DNA of 32,000 nt from Coprobacillaceae bacterium (GTDB taxonomy: Bacteria > Bacillota_I > Bacilli_A > Erysipelotrichales > Coprobacillaceae). Below the pieces are notes generated by a model. It was not told the origin of the DNA. It saw nothing but the letters and a program-made list of their open reading frames with translations, and made no database searches. Below are positions 9,093-18,761 of this stretch, in pieces. Within the stretch, counting starts at the first letter, position 1. Every line of letters begins with the position of its first letter. A program made the translations under genes and the position numbers. The stretch lies in the NCBI GenBank assembly GCA_963675915.1, contig OY780959.1, positions 810,001-842,000 of the forward strand, in the 5' to 3' direction.

Positions 9093-9103
9093 AGAAATTC
9101 TCC

Positions 9104-10576
9104 TTAGTCGTAGTATTCGTCATAAGCATCATAGTCGATGTCTTCATCGTATTTGCTATCATACTCATAATCTTCATTTCCATCTTCTTCTTCGATAATG
9201 ACAACCGCTTTTTCTTCACATTGACCTAGACCGATTTCATCCTGGTGCGAAGCCAATTGTTGAAGAAGTTCAGATTGTTCAACATTAAGCTGTTTACGTT
9301 TTTCCGGAGGTTTACGAGTTACTTTGACTTCCTTAGCCGGTTCCGCTTCTTCAGCTGGTGTTTCTGATACTGGAGTAGCAGCTGGTGTTTCAACCCCAAC
9401 TTCCACTGGTTCATCGACTGCTTCTTGAGCGACTTCTTGAGCCACTTCTTCAGTTGTTTCAGTTTCCATCATCAATTCTTCGAATTCATTGTAGAATTCA
9501 TCCTGTTTTTGAGCCGCTTTGGCAAACAGTCCCATCTCGTTGGCTTCTGTCAATGATTTGATATCGATTTTCCATCCGGTCAGATGAACTGCCAGACGCG
9601 CATTTTGTCCTCGTTTACCGATAGCCAATGAAAGTTGGTTATCCGGCACGATAACAGTGGCACTGTGATTTTGTTCGTCGAAAAGAACCGATGTAACATC
9701 ACTTGGCGCCAAAGCGTTGGTGATGAATGTTACCGGATCGTTAGACCATTCGACAATGTCGATCATCTCACCGTTAAGTTCTTCAACCACGTTTTTGACA
9801 CGGGAACCACGAGGTCCGACACATGAACCGATTGGATCAATGTTGTCATCACTTGAATAAACCGCGATTTTTGAACGGTCCCCTGCTTCACGGGCAACTG
9901 ATTTGATTTCAACCAGGCCGTCGAATACTTCAGGAACTTCAAGTTCAAAAAGACGTTTAACGAAATTCGGATCAGTACGGGAAACAATCAGATGAGTCCC
10001 TTTAGTGTCGCGGTCAACTTCGCTGACATAGACTTTAAGTTTGTTTCCTTCAACCAACTCTTCATTTGGGATTTGGTTGTTTTTTGAAAGGAAAGCTCCG
10101 ATTTTACCGATTTGAACAATTGCGAAGCGTGGCTCCACCCGTTCAATCGTCCCAGTCAGGATTTCGTCTTTTTTATCATGGAACTCTTCATAAAGAGCTT
10201 CTTTTTCCGTTTCACGGATTTTTTGTCTGAAAAGCTGTTTGGCTTGGTTGGCCGCCAGACGAGAAATGATATCAACATCGATTTCAGTTTCGATGATGTC
10301 ACCTACTTTGTAGTTCTCATCGATTTCGTGAGCTTCATCCAGGGAAACTTCGATATCTTCATCTTCAAGGTTGTAAACAACTTTTCGGATTTCAAACAGT
10401 CTGAACTGCCCGGTTTTGGCATTGATTTCCACTCGCACATTGGCTTCGGGGTTCAGATAAATTTTCTTATATGATTTCTCAATTGCCTCAGTAAGCATGC
10501 TTAAGAAGACGTCTTGTTCGATTCCTTTTTCTTCACACAATGCATTCAATGCATTCATAAATTTTTTACTAGCCAT
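9104..10576 (-). CDS. nusA: Transcription termination/antitermination factor NusA with a ~140-aa acidic low-complexity C-terminal extension
   Basis: ORF track, 490 aa. The N-terminal, S1 and KH1/KH2 regions are recognisable (VGPRGSRVKNVVEEL, AIGKRGQNARLAVHLTGWKIDI), and the tail is E/D/Y-rich. Confidence 0.96.
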   Translation of the reverse strand: MASKKFMNALNALCEEKGIEQDVFLSMLTEAIEKSYKKIYLNPEANVRVEINAKTGQFRLFEIRKVVYNLEDEDIEVSLDEAHEIDENYKVGDIIETEIDVDIISRLAANQAKQLFRQKIRETEKEALYEEFHDKKDEILTGTIERVEPRFAIVQIGKIGAFLSKNNQIPNEELVEGNKLKVYVSEVDRDTKGTHLIVSRTDPNFVKRLFELEVPEVFDGLVEIKSVAREAGDRSKIAVYSSDDNIDPIGSCVGPRGSRVKNVVEELNGEMIDIVEWSNDPVTFITNALAPSDVTSVLFDEQNHSATVIVPDNQLSLAIGKRGQNARLAVHLTGWKIDIKSLTEANEMGLFAKAAQKQDEFYNEFEELMMETETTEEVAQEVAQEAVDEPVEVGVETPAATPVSETPAEEAEPAKEVKVTRKPPEKRKQLNVEQSELLQQLASHQDEIGLGQCEEKAVVIIEEEDGNEDYEYDSKYDEDIDYDAYDEYYD

Positions 10577-10584
10577 ACTTCCTC

Positions 10585-11055
10585 CTAAAATTTAACAGCT
10601 AATCGGATAAACTTGATATTATCATAGTTTACAGTACATTTTTTCTTGATATTTTTAACTAAGTATTCAAACACGATATTCTGGTCTTCATCGACGCTTT
10701 TGATTGTGCCTTCGATTTCGTCCATCCCGCTAGCCGGGTTGTTGAATTTCGCGTAGATATAAGAGCCGACATTTTTACTTACAGCTTCAAATGTTTTCAA
10801 GGGTTTCTCAACACCTGGAGAAGACACTTCCAAATAATACTCGTCTTTGATCGGGTCTTTTTCGTCAAGACGAAGGGAAATAGCTTCCGATACGGCTACG
10901 CAGGTATCCATATCCAAAGAACCGTCATTTTTTTCAATGAAAATACGCAGGAAATAATCGTTGTTTTCTTTTTCATATTCGATATCATCCAGATAAACAT
11001 CATTCTCTTCGAGAATATCACTTATCATTGATGTGATATTGTCCAATAAACTCAT
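10585..11055 (-). CDS. rimP: Ribosome maturation factor RimP
   Basis: ORF track, 156 aa. LRIFIEK...VSEAIS..LD..DPI...Y.LEVSSPG is RimP-like. It is the first gene of the nusA operon, with SD GAGGTGAG. Confidence 0.92.
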   Translation of the reverse strand: MSLLDNITSMISDILEENDVYLDDIEYEKENNDYFLRIFIEKNDGSLDMDTCVAVSEAISLRLDEKDPIKDEYYLEVSSPGVEKPLKTFEAVSKNVGSYIYAKFNNPASGMDEIEGTIKSVDEDQNIVFEYLVKNIKKKCTVNYDNIKFIRLAVKF

Positions 11056-11071
11056 AAAAACTCACCTCTTT

Positions 11072-11100
11072 TCAATAATAAAGAGTGGGTTTCCCCACTC
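11072..11100 (-). terminator. Hairpin plus interrupted U-tract between polC and rimP (polC terminator and/or rimP-nusA leader attenuator)
   Basis: The minus-strand RNA forms GAGTGGG-GAAA-CCCACTC (11100-11083) followed by TTTATTATT. The structure ends only about 16 nt before the rimP SD. Confidence 0.55.
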
Positions 11101-11122
11101 GCGCATTTTATTCACTAGATGT

Positions 11123-11151
11123 ATAATAACATATTGGCATTTATTAATCAA
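11123..11151 (-). promoter_or_regulatory. Possible promoter of the rimP-nusA-infB operon
   Basis: On the minus strand: -35 TTGATT (11151-11146), 17-nt spacer, -10 TATTAT (11128-11123). It lies upstream of the 11083-11100 hairpin. Confidence 0.4.
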
Positions 11152-11181
11152 CACAAATCATAAATATAATGGTAAAAACCG

Positions 11182-14100
11182 TTAAAAAAGACTCATTTGA
11201 TTTCGTTCTTGGAGATTACCGAAAACACCCATGTTCTCAAGTGTTTTTACATGTGAATTGTTCAGTTTGGTCCTTTTGATAACATCCTCTTTCGAGATGA
11301 AATCACCATGGCTGCGGGCCTCGACCACAGTCTTGGCCACGTTGGCTCCCAGCGCATCAATGGCACTAAATGGCGGAATGATCCCCATCTCGTCTTCAGG
11401 GTCCAGGATAAAGCGGTCAGCCGATGAATATTTGAGACTGACAGGATTCAAATGATAACCCCGTTCAATCATTTCCAAAGCTATTTCAAACATGTCATAC
11501 AGACCGATTTCCTTGTTTGAAGCCTGATTGGATGATTTCAGTTCGGCAATCTCATTATGCCGTTTGATGATGGCATCCTTGCCATTGACCATCGTATCGA
11601 TTTCGAAGAAATCACAGCGGGTCGACAGGTAAACTGCATAATATTCACGAGGGTAATACACTTTCCACCAAGCCACCCTGATTGCCGATAATACGTAGGC
11701 AACCGCATGGGCTTTGGGGAACATGTACTTGATTTTCTTACAAGAATCAATATACCATTGCGGAACATTGTGATCCTTCATCAGCTGTTCATAGTTTTTC
11801 TCCGGGAAGACCTTCGGCGATTTCCCTTTACGGACACACTCCATGATATCGAAGGCATCCTTGTTAGGCAATTGTTTGTCGATCAGATAAGTCATGATAT
11901 CATCACGACACCCGATTACCTCAGAAAGGGTACAGGTCCCCTCCTTGATCAGCTTTTCAGCGTTGCCAAGATAGACGTCGGTACCATGCGACAGACCTGA
12001 AATGATGACGAGGTCATTGAAGTTATTCGGTTGGGTCTGTTTGAGCATTCCCCGAACGAATGAAGTTCCAAACTCCGGCAGTCCCAGCACGCCTGAATGG
12101 ACATTGATATAAGAAAGATCGATTCCCAGACTTTCAGTGCTGGTAAACAGTTTCATTACTTTTTCATCATTGGTTGGAATCGTTTTGGGATCGATTCCAG
12201 TAAGATCCTGCAAAGCCCGAATAACGGTCGGATCGACATGACCTAGGATATCGAGTTTCAGGACATTGTCATGGATGGCATGGAAGTCGAAATGGGTGGT
12301 TCGCCAAGCAGCCTTGAGATCATCAGCCGGAAACTGAATCGGCGTAAAGTCGTAAACATCCATATAGTTAGGAATAACGATGATTCCCCCGGGATGCTGT
12401 CCGGTAGTCCGTTTGACACCCTGACAGCCTTGGGCAATCCGTTCAAGTTCAGCCGAACGGATGTCGTCTTCCTTGCCAAGCAGTTCGGCATAACCTTTGG
12501 CATAGCCATAAGCGGTTTTGGCGGCAACGGTCGAGATGGTTCCAGCTCTAAAGACATTGTCAACGCCGAAGATCTCTTTGGTGAATTCATGCGCCTGAGG
12601 CTGGTATTCACCCGAGAAGTTCAAATCGATATCAGGAACCTTGTCGGCATTGAATCCCAGGAAGGTTTCAAACGGGATATTGTGGCCCTCACCTTTGAGA
12701 TTCTGGCCACAAACCGGACATTTCTTGTCAGGCAGGTCATAACCGGAAGCAACACTGCCATCCTCGATGAATTCACTGTAGTTGCAATGATAACAGACAT
12801 AATGCGGCGGCAGCGGATTAACTTCGGTGATGTTCGACATCGTCGCAACAAACGAAGAACCGACCGATCCCCGCGAACCTACCAGATAACCATCCTCATT
12901 GGATTTTTTTACCAGCAGATGGGAGATATAATAAATAACTCCGAATCCGTGTTTGATGATGTTGTTAAGTTCTTTTTCCAACCGCTTTTCGACGATTTCG
13001 GGCAGATTTTCTCCGTAAATTTCATGGGCGGTATCATAACATATCTTGGTGAGATTCTCATCGGCTCCTTCGATTTTCGGGGTGAACAGCTTGTCGTGAA
13101 CCGGTTTGATCACTTCAGTGAGACTGGCGATGTAGTTGGTGTTTTCAACAACCAGTTTGTAGGCCAAATCTTCACCCAGCCACTTGAACGCTTCAAGCAT
13201 TTCATCAGTGGTTCTAAACATCTGATTAGGAGTCCAGGCGTCGGGACGGCCACGGGCACAAAGGTAGTGAGCCCGGTGGTTGAGCCCGATAGAAGGATTC
13301 GAGATGAACACATCCCGGAAGAGTTTGTCTTTTTGATCGAGAAAATGGACATCTCCGGTGGCCACGACGATTTTGCCGAGCTCATCGGCCATCTTGATTA
13401 CCCGCAAAATTGATTTTTTGACATCATCCATTGAAGCAAGCCGACCCCGGTCGACAATATGATAATAATCCTCCAGCGGATTGATTTCGATGTAATCATA
13501 GAACTGCATCGCTTTGTAGAGTTGTTCATCACTTTTATTCAAAGCCGCTTCGAACAAATTCGAATTGAAGGGACCGGAACCATAAAGGATTCCCTCATGA
13601 TAGAACTCCAACCGGTCTTGAGGAATCCGGGCCGTTCCATGAAGATAAATCGTATTCGACTCACTGACCGCCTTGAACATGTTCTTAAGCCCATCTTTGT
13701 TCAGGGCAATCGCACTCATCGGATTGGCGAATGCCAGCTTGTTGAGGTTTTTGACTTCGATGGCGGCAATATCCTCGAGATTGTATTTGCCGCTTTGCAT
13801 GAACTGATGGAGCAAAACATTGAGCAGATGTCCCAGAACTTCGGCATCATAATCAGCCCGATGGGCTACCCCGTCATCATATGTGATTCTAAAAACCCGA
13901 CAGCATTGTCCCAGCCGATAAGACTTCATTGATTTTAGATAAGCCTTGCACAAGTTCAGGGTATCTATCACCGGATTGACGATTTTACTGTAGCCATTTC
14001 GCATCAAGGCTTCGTTTAAAAAGCCGATATCAAACGGTGCATTATGAGCTACCAGGATCGCGTCACCGAAGAACTCGAGAATCTGTTCCAGCCGCTGTTC

Positions 14101-15486
14101 GATTGGCATCTCGTCCTTGACCATCGCATTGGTAATGTTGGTCAGCTGGGAGATCTGGCTGGGAATCGGTTTTTGAGGATTGACGAAGAACTGCAGACGG
14201 TCGACAACCTCACCGTTGCGAATCTTGACCGCTCCAAATTCGGTGATGCCATCATGAACAACTGAAAGACCGGTGGTCTCCAAATCGAATGATACATAAG
14301 TCGCATCTTCAATCGACATGTTTTGGACATTATGGACAATCGTGAATTCCGGATCGTACATATTGAACTCAACCCCGTAGAGAATCTTGATCTTGTCCCG
14401 GGCTGCACTTTGACATTCCGGAAAGGCCTGAACATTGGCACGATCGGTGATTGCAATCGCCGAGTGGCCCCACGAAATTGCCCTGCTGATATATTCACTT
14501 GCTTCGGATACCGCATCCATAGCCGACATTTTTGAATGAACCGACAGTTCGACCCTTTTGGTTTTAGCCAGGTCCTCGCGGGGTTTGGGTGATTTGATGA
14601 TTTCGATATTCTTGGCGAAGATGATAGTCTCCTTGGCAAAATCATCGTAGCGAACCTCACCGAAAACCTGAACCCAAACCTTGCCTTTGGAAAGAACCTT
14701 CATCGATTCCGAATTGCTTTTGTTTTCAAACCATTTGACGATAATCGAAGACGTATAATCGGTTATTTTCAAAGTTTGGATCTTGGTTCCCTTACGGGTA
14801 GAGATTTCTTCAACGGCGAAGATATAACCCTCGATGACAACATTTGGTTCCATCGTTCCGGCGTTGATTTCATCAAGCCGGTATTTGGTGGCATTTTTTT
14901 GCGAATAACTGTAGTAATTCTTGCGAGCCGGTTTGGCCGGAGCCTCTTCCTGTCGGGGTTGAATTACTGCTTTTACTTCGATAGGTGCTGTCATCTCCTT
15001 GATCAGCTCTTGGTAATCCTGGTCCTGAACATCGAGGACAAACTCCACCGGCAAGCTGATTCCAGCCGCCTTAACCCGGTCCTTGAAAAAACCGCCAACT
15101 GCCTGAGACTGATCCAGAATCAATTCATTGAACAGTTTGACTCTAATCGAGTCCTTGATTTCAATATTCTTCAACGAAAGGTTTGAAAATGATGGAAACT
15201 CGGCTGAGAATTCATTAATGAAATAACCCAGATACAACTCCAGATTGCGCTTGTCATAATCCTCGTTAACACACTCGAACTCGAACTTGACCGGATACGG
15301 GAAATTTTCCCGATGGGAATTCAATTTGAAATATTCATCGAAAGGCAGCAGTTTTTCACTGGAAATGAAGAACTGGAAATTATTTTCCTGATCGACATAA
15401 ACCCGACTAAGCATTGCGCTGTAGAGGGCATCAACCTTCCCATCGATTTTTAGTTGTTCAAGCAGTACGTGTATCTTGTCTTTCAT
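11182..15486 (-). CDS. polC: DNA polymerase III alpha subunit, PolC type (with internal 3'-5' exonuclease domain)
   Basis: ORF track, 1434 aa. It shows the exonuclease motif FDLETTGLS, PHP and polymerase-core regions, and the Zn-finger-like CYHCNYSE...CPVCG. SD AGGAGG is present. Confidence 0.98.
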   Translation of the reverse strand: MKDKIHVLLEQLKIDGKVDALYSAMLSRVYVDQENNFQFFISSEKLLPFDEYFKLNSHRENFPYPVKFEFECVNEDYDKRNLELYLGYFINEFSAEFPSFSNLSLKNIEIKDSIRVKLFNELILDQSQAVGGFFKDRVKAAGISLPVEFVLDVQDQDYQELIKEMTAPIEVKAVIQPRQEEAPAKPARKNYYSYSQKNATKYRLDEINAGTMEPNVVIEGYIFAVEEISTRKGTKIQTLKITDYTSSIIVKWFENKSNSESMKVLSKGKVWVQVFGEVRYDDFAKETIIFAKNIEIIKSPKPREDLAKTKRVELSVHSKMSAMDAVSEASEYISRAISWGHSAIAITDRANVQAFPECQSAARDKIKILYGVEFNMYDPEFTIVHNVQNMSIEDATYVSFDLETTGLSVVHDGITEFGAVKIRNGEVVDRLQFFVNPQKPIPSQISQLTNITNAMVKDEMPIEQRLEQILEFFGDAILVAHNAPFDIGFLNEALMRNGYSKIVNPVIDTLNLCKAYLKSMKSYRLGQCCRVFRITYDDGVAHRADYDAEVLGHLLNVLLHQFMQSGKYNLEDIAAIEVKNLNKLAFANPMSAIALNKDGLKNMFKAVSESNTIYLHGTARIPQDRLEFYHEGILYGSGPFNSNLFEAALNKSDEQLYKAMQFYDYIEINPLEDYYHIVDRGRLASMDDVKKSILRVIKMADELGKIVVATGDVHFLDQKDKLFRDVFISNPSIGLNHRAHYLCARGRPDAWTPNQMFRTTDEMLEAFKWLGEDLAYKLVVENTNYIASLTEVIKPVHDKLFTPKIEGADENLTKICYDTAHEIYGENLPEIVEKRLEKELNNIIKHGFGVIYYISHLLVKKSNEDGYLVGSRGSVGSSFVATMSNITEVNPLPPHYVCYHCNYSEFIEDGSVASGYDLPDKKCPVCGQNLKGEGHNIPFETFLGFNADKVPDIDLNFSGEYQPQAHEFTKEIFGVDNVFRAGTISTVAAKTAYGYAKGYAELLGKEDDIRSAELERIAQGCQGVKRTTGQHPGGIIVIPNYMDVYDFTPIQFPADDLKAAWRTTHFDFHAIHDNVLKLDILGHVDPTVIRALQDLTGIDPKTIPTNDEKVMKLFTSTESLGIDLSYINVHSGVLGLPEFGTSFVRGMLKQTQPNNFNDLVIISGLSHGTDVYLGNAEKLIKEGTCTLSEVIGCRDDIMTYLIDKQLPNKDAFDIMECVRKGKSPKVFPEKNYEQLMKDHNVPQWYIDSCKKIKYMFPKAHAVAYVLSAIRVAWWKVYYPREYYAVYLSTRCDFFEIDTMVNGKDAIIKRHNEIAELKSSNQASNKEIGLYDMFEIALEMIERGYHLNPVSLKYSSADRFILDPEDEMGIIPPFSAIDALGANVAKTVVEARSHGDFISKEDVIKRTKLNNSHVKTLENMGVFGNLQERNQMSLF

Positions 15487-15499
15487 TTTTAACCTCCTA

Positions 15500-15522
15500 T
15501 TAAAAAAAGGGATATACCCTTT
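15500..15522 (-). terminator. Weak terminator-like hairpin between rseP and polC
   Basis: The minus-strand RNA forms AAAGGG-TATAT-CCCTTT (15522-15506) followed by a T-run, then immediately the polC SD AGGAGG. The stem is short and AU-rich, so termination is probably only partial, if it occurs at all. Confidence 0.3.
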
Positions 15523-16597
15523 AATTAAACAATTTTGAAATATCGTTGATAGTGATGAAAATCATCAAGCCGAACACCAACGCCAGCCCGACAAGCTGAA
15601 GTCCGTAACGGACATTGATTGGTATTTCTCGCCCAATCGCCTTTTCAATCAAAGCGAAAATAACCTGGGATCCGTCCAAACCTGGAATCGGAAGCAAGTT
15701 GAATACTCCGATATTGGCCGAAAGCAGCGCCACCACCATCATCAGTTCCGTAAATCCCTGAGCTCTTACCTGGGATGTGATGTTGAAAATTCCAACCGGT
15801 CCTGAAACTTGGGAAATCGTATGGGTATCCCCGGTTATGATTCGACCAAAGGTATCGAGAACCATGGTCGAGATGTACCATAATCTACCACCTGAAGCAG
15901 TAAATGCCTCGATTGGTGACAGTTTTTGCGTCAAGGCATTGATACCAAGCTGGTAGACCCCGGTATCGTTATTGAAAACGGCATTGACTGTAGTTGCATC
16001 TTCATTTCCATCGCGAAGATAAGTGAAATCCACCGCCAGCGAATCAGTTCCGTTGTTCTCGTAGGATTGAATGAATCCGACCAGTTCCTGGTAAGTTTCC
16101 GGAGCAATGGCATCCTCACCGACAGTCGCGCTCAAAATTTCATCTCCGGCTTGAAGCCCGGCTTCACTGGCTGGATATTCCGCCACCACCGAACCGATAA
16201 CCGGCACATCGACAATCGATGGTTGGGTCGAATAAACAGTGAAGATGATCACAAAAGCCATGATAAAGTTCATGATGACTCCTGCCAGCATGACCGCTAC
16301 CTTTTGCCAGGTTTTGATATTTTTCAGACTGCGGCTGGGATCGACCCCTTTGAAGACTTCGTTGTCTTCCTGGTCGACTTCACCATACATCGCCACAAAT
16401 CCTCCGACTGGCAGCGCCCGCAGGCAGTATTCAGTTTCTTTGCCCTTTTTGCTTAAAATCTTAGGTCCCATCCCCAGTGCAAACTCAGCACAGTAGACCC
16501 CAAAAAGTTTGGCCACCATGAAATGCCCGAGTTCATGAATGAAGATGATTGAACCTAGAACAAGTACAAATACAATAATATTTAATAAAGAATCCAT
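15521..16597 (-). CDS. rseP: RIP zinc metalloprotease RseP/RasP (site-2 protease)
   Basis: ORF track, 358 aa. It has the HELGHF zinc motif near the N-terminus, a PDZ-like middle region, a C-terminal NLLPIPGLDG motif, and multiple hydrophobic segments. Confidence 0.93.
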   Translation of the reverse strand: MDSLLNIIVFVLVLGSIIFIHELGHFMVAKLFGVYCAEFALGMGPKILSKKGKETEYCLRALPVGGFVAMYGEVDQEDNEVFKGVDPSRSLKNIKTWQKVAVMLAGVIMNFIMAFVIIFTVYSTQPSIVDVPVIGSVVAEYPASEAGLQAGDEILSATVGEDAIAPETYQELVGFIQSYENNGTDSLAVDFTYLRDGNEDATTVNAVFNNDTGVYQLGINALTQKLSPIEAFTASGGRLWYISTMVLDTFGRIITGDTHTISQVSGPVGIFNITSQVRAQGFTELMMVVALLSANIGVFNLLPIPGLDGSQVIFALIEKAIGREIPINVRYGLQLVGLALVFGLMIFITINDISKLFN

Positions 16598-16606
16598 ATA
16601 ATCTCC

Positions 16607-17386
16607 TTATTTTATTCCCCACATAATCAGTCCCAAAACGATGGAATTCAAAACGAGCGAATCGATCCGATCGAGTATCCCCCCATGTCCTGGAAGCAGA
16701 TTTGAAAAATCCTTGGCATTGAACTCCCGTTTGATATATGAGAACGTCAAATCACCGATCTGACTGGTAACCGTCAAAAAGAAGCAGGCAAACAAAAGTC
16801 CTGGATTGTTGGGAAGAATCCCGACATAATATCCGTATCCCAGTGCCATCAATGACCCCAAAGCCATTCCCCCGATTGAACCTTCAATGGTTTTTTTCGG
16901 TGAAATCTGCGGAATCAGTTTGTTTTTACCAAACTTCATTCCGGCAAAATAAGCCCCGGTATCACAGCCATATGTCGCCAACATCAGGAAGATGACATAT
17001 TCGATGCCCAGGTCCATTCGAAGATGGTAGAAATAATGAAGTCCCGAAAATACCAGGACTCCGGCAAAAAACAGGTAACATACTCTGGTTAGATCAAGCG
17101 TGTCGTCAAGCATGGCACTGAATGCCAGTACCAGCAGTAAAATCAGAAAATATGATACATCGACTCTTACGGTCATTGAATAAAAGAGGAATCCGATGCC
17201 CAAAAACACCATCATCAAGGGATAAAGATAGAATTTGAATCTTGGTCTGGTGGCGATATGCACCATTTCATAACCGGCGATAATCACAATCGCCATCATT
17301 AAAAAATTGAAAAAATGTCCTCCGTAATATAAAATCGGCCCGGCTACAAATAATAGTATGGCCGCAGTAATAATTCGACTTCTCAT
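16607..17386 (-). CDS. cdsA: Phosphatidate cytidylyltransferase
   Basis: ORF track, 259 aa. It is polytopic, and the C-terminal signature is SQIGDLTFSYIKREFNAKDFSNLLPGHGGILDRIDS. Confidence 0.93.
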   Translation of the reverse strand: MRSRIITAAILLFVAGPILYYGGHFFNFLMMAIVIIAGYEMVHIATRPRFKFYLYPLMMVFLGIGFLFYSMTVRVDVSYFLILLLVLAFSAMLDDTLDLTRVCYLFFAGVLVFSGLHYFYHLRMDLGIEYVIFLMLATYGCDTGAYFAGMKFGKNKLIPQISPKKTIEGSIGGMALGSLMALGYGYYVGILPNNPGLLFACFFLTVTSQIGDLTFSYIKREFNAKDFSNLLPGHGGILDRIDSLVLNSIVLGLIMWGIK

Positions 17387-18132
17387 CAGCTTAATCCTCC
17401 AAAACGTCTGTCACGAGATTGATACTCCAATAAACATTGACGGAGGATTTCTTTATCAAAATCCGGCCAGTAAGTATCGGTAAAAATGAATTCGGCGTAT
17501 GCCAGCTGCCATAACATGAAGTTTGACAGGCGCTGTTCCCCTGAAGTTCTGATCATCAGATCGCATTCAGGCAAATCTTTGGTCATCAAGTAGCTATTGA
17601 AAAGATTCTCATCAACGCTCTCCAAAGCGACGTGATCGCTTTTTACATCATCAGCCAGTTGTTTGGCCGCGGCCACAATTTCATCACGTCCCCCGTAGAT
17701 AAAGGCGAAACAAAGCACCAGTCCGGTGTTGTCTTTGGTTCTTTCGATAGCCCGGTTGATGATATCCTGGGTTGCTTGAGGAGCCTGGTCAAGATGGCCA
17801 ATCAGGGCGATTTTGACATTGTTTTCTTCAAGTTCCTTGAGATAGGTATCAAAAAACTCGACCGGAAGCTTGAAAATGAACTGGACTTCCTTCTCGGGAC
17901 GCGAGAAATTTTCGGTTGAAAAAGCGTAGACAGTCATTGCTTTGACCCCGAGACGATTGCATTCCAGAGCGATATTCCTGATTGTTTTAATGCCTTCATG
18001 ATGTCCGAAAGTCCGTGGCATATTCCTTTGTTTGGCCCACCGGCCATTGCCGTCCATGATAAAAGAAATATGTTGCGGAATTTTCTGTAATCGAATTTTA
18101 TCGTTAATTTTTTTGCGTTTTTTAAAAAACAT
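17386..18132 (-). CDS. uppS: Undecaprenyl/isoprenyl diphosphate synthase (cis-prenyltransferase)
   Basis: The ORF track gives 17386-18141 from a GTG. I prefer ATG 18132, which is preceded by SD GAGGTGG. Motifs include IMDGNGRWA, FSTENF.RP and RTSGEQRLSNFMLWQ. Confidence 0.93.
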   Translation of the reverse strand: MFFKKRKKINDKIRLQKIPQHISFIMDGNGRWAKQRNMPRTFGHHEGIKTIRNIALECNRLGVKAMTVYAFSTENFSRPEKEVQFIFKLPVEFFDTYLKELEENNVKIALIGHLDQAPQATQDIINRAIERTKDNTGLVLCFAFIYGGRDEIVAAAKQLADDVKSDHVALESVDENLFNSYLMTKDLPECDLMIRTSGEQRLSNFMLWQLAYAEFIFTDTYWPDFDKEILRQCLLEYQSRDRRFGGLS

Positions 18133-18174
18133 TATTTCCACCTCGCTTACGACATTTTACCATAAATACGCTTC

Positions 18175-18208
18175 AAAATAAATAAAAAACTACCCGATTT
18201 ACGGGTAG
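18175..18208 (-). terminator. Rho-independent terminator after frr
   Basis: The minus-strand RNA forms CTACCCG-TAAAT-CGGGTAG (18208-18190) followed by TTTTTTATTTATTTT. Confidence 0.75.
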
Positions 18209-18213
18209 TGTGA

Positions 18214-18759
18214 TTATACAGTAAGAAGATCTTTTTCTTTGACTTTTCCAAGTTCGTCAATTTCTTTGACATATTTGTCAGTCAATTTTTGGATTTCATC
18301 CTGTCCATATTTGATGTCATCTTCCGACACATCCAATTTTTTAAGTTCATTGTTGCAATCACGACGGATATTACGCAAAGCCACGCGGGCATTTTCTGCG
18401 AATTTCCAAACGTCTTTAGCATATTCTTTACGACGTTCTTCAGTCAATGGTGGAACATTGATTCTGATAACATCTCCGTCATTTTGCGGAGTCAGACCAA
18501 GATTCGCTTCGAAGATACCATGTTCGATATCTTTAAGAGCAGATGCATCGTAAGGTTTTACAAGCAACTGACGTCCTTCAACCACTTTGACACTGGCAAC
18601 TTGGTTGATTGGAGTAGGTGCCCCGTAATAATTCACGTTTACACGATCAAGCATGCTTGGATTGGCTCTTCCGGTACGGATTGTTGCCAAATCACGGTTG
18701 AATGCATCAATCGCTTTGATCATTCTGTCTTTCCCATCTTCGATAATCATGTCAATCAT
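18214..18759 (-). CDS. frr: Ribosome recycling factor
   Basis: ORF track, 181 aa. LATIRTGRANPSMLD and the overall length are Frr-like. SD GAGGTGA lies within the end of pyrH. Confidence 0.96.
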   Translation of the reverse strand: MIDMIIEDGKDRMIKAIDAFNRDLATIRTGRANPSMLDRVNVNYYGAPTPINQVASVKVVEGRQLLVKPYDASALKDIEHGIFEANLGLTPQNDGDVIRINVPPLTEERRKEYAKDVWKFAENARVALRNIRRDCNNELKKLDVSEDDIKYGQDEIQKLTDKYVKEIDELGKVKEKDLLTV

Positions 18760-18761
18760 AG

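Noticed and set aside
12271-13413. A 380-aa plus-strand ORF, the longest unexplained ORF in the track
   Set aside because: It lies entirely antisense to the strongly supported polC coding sequence. Its translation is low-complexity, has no recognisable motifs and has no SD. It is a typical shadow ORF of a long gene.
14142-14660. A 172-aa minus-strand ORF inside polC
   Set aside because: It is out of frame within polC on the same strand, its composition is Arg/Ser/Pro-rich, and there is no independent evidence for it.
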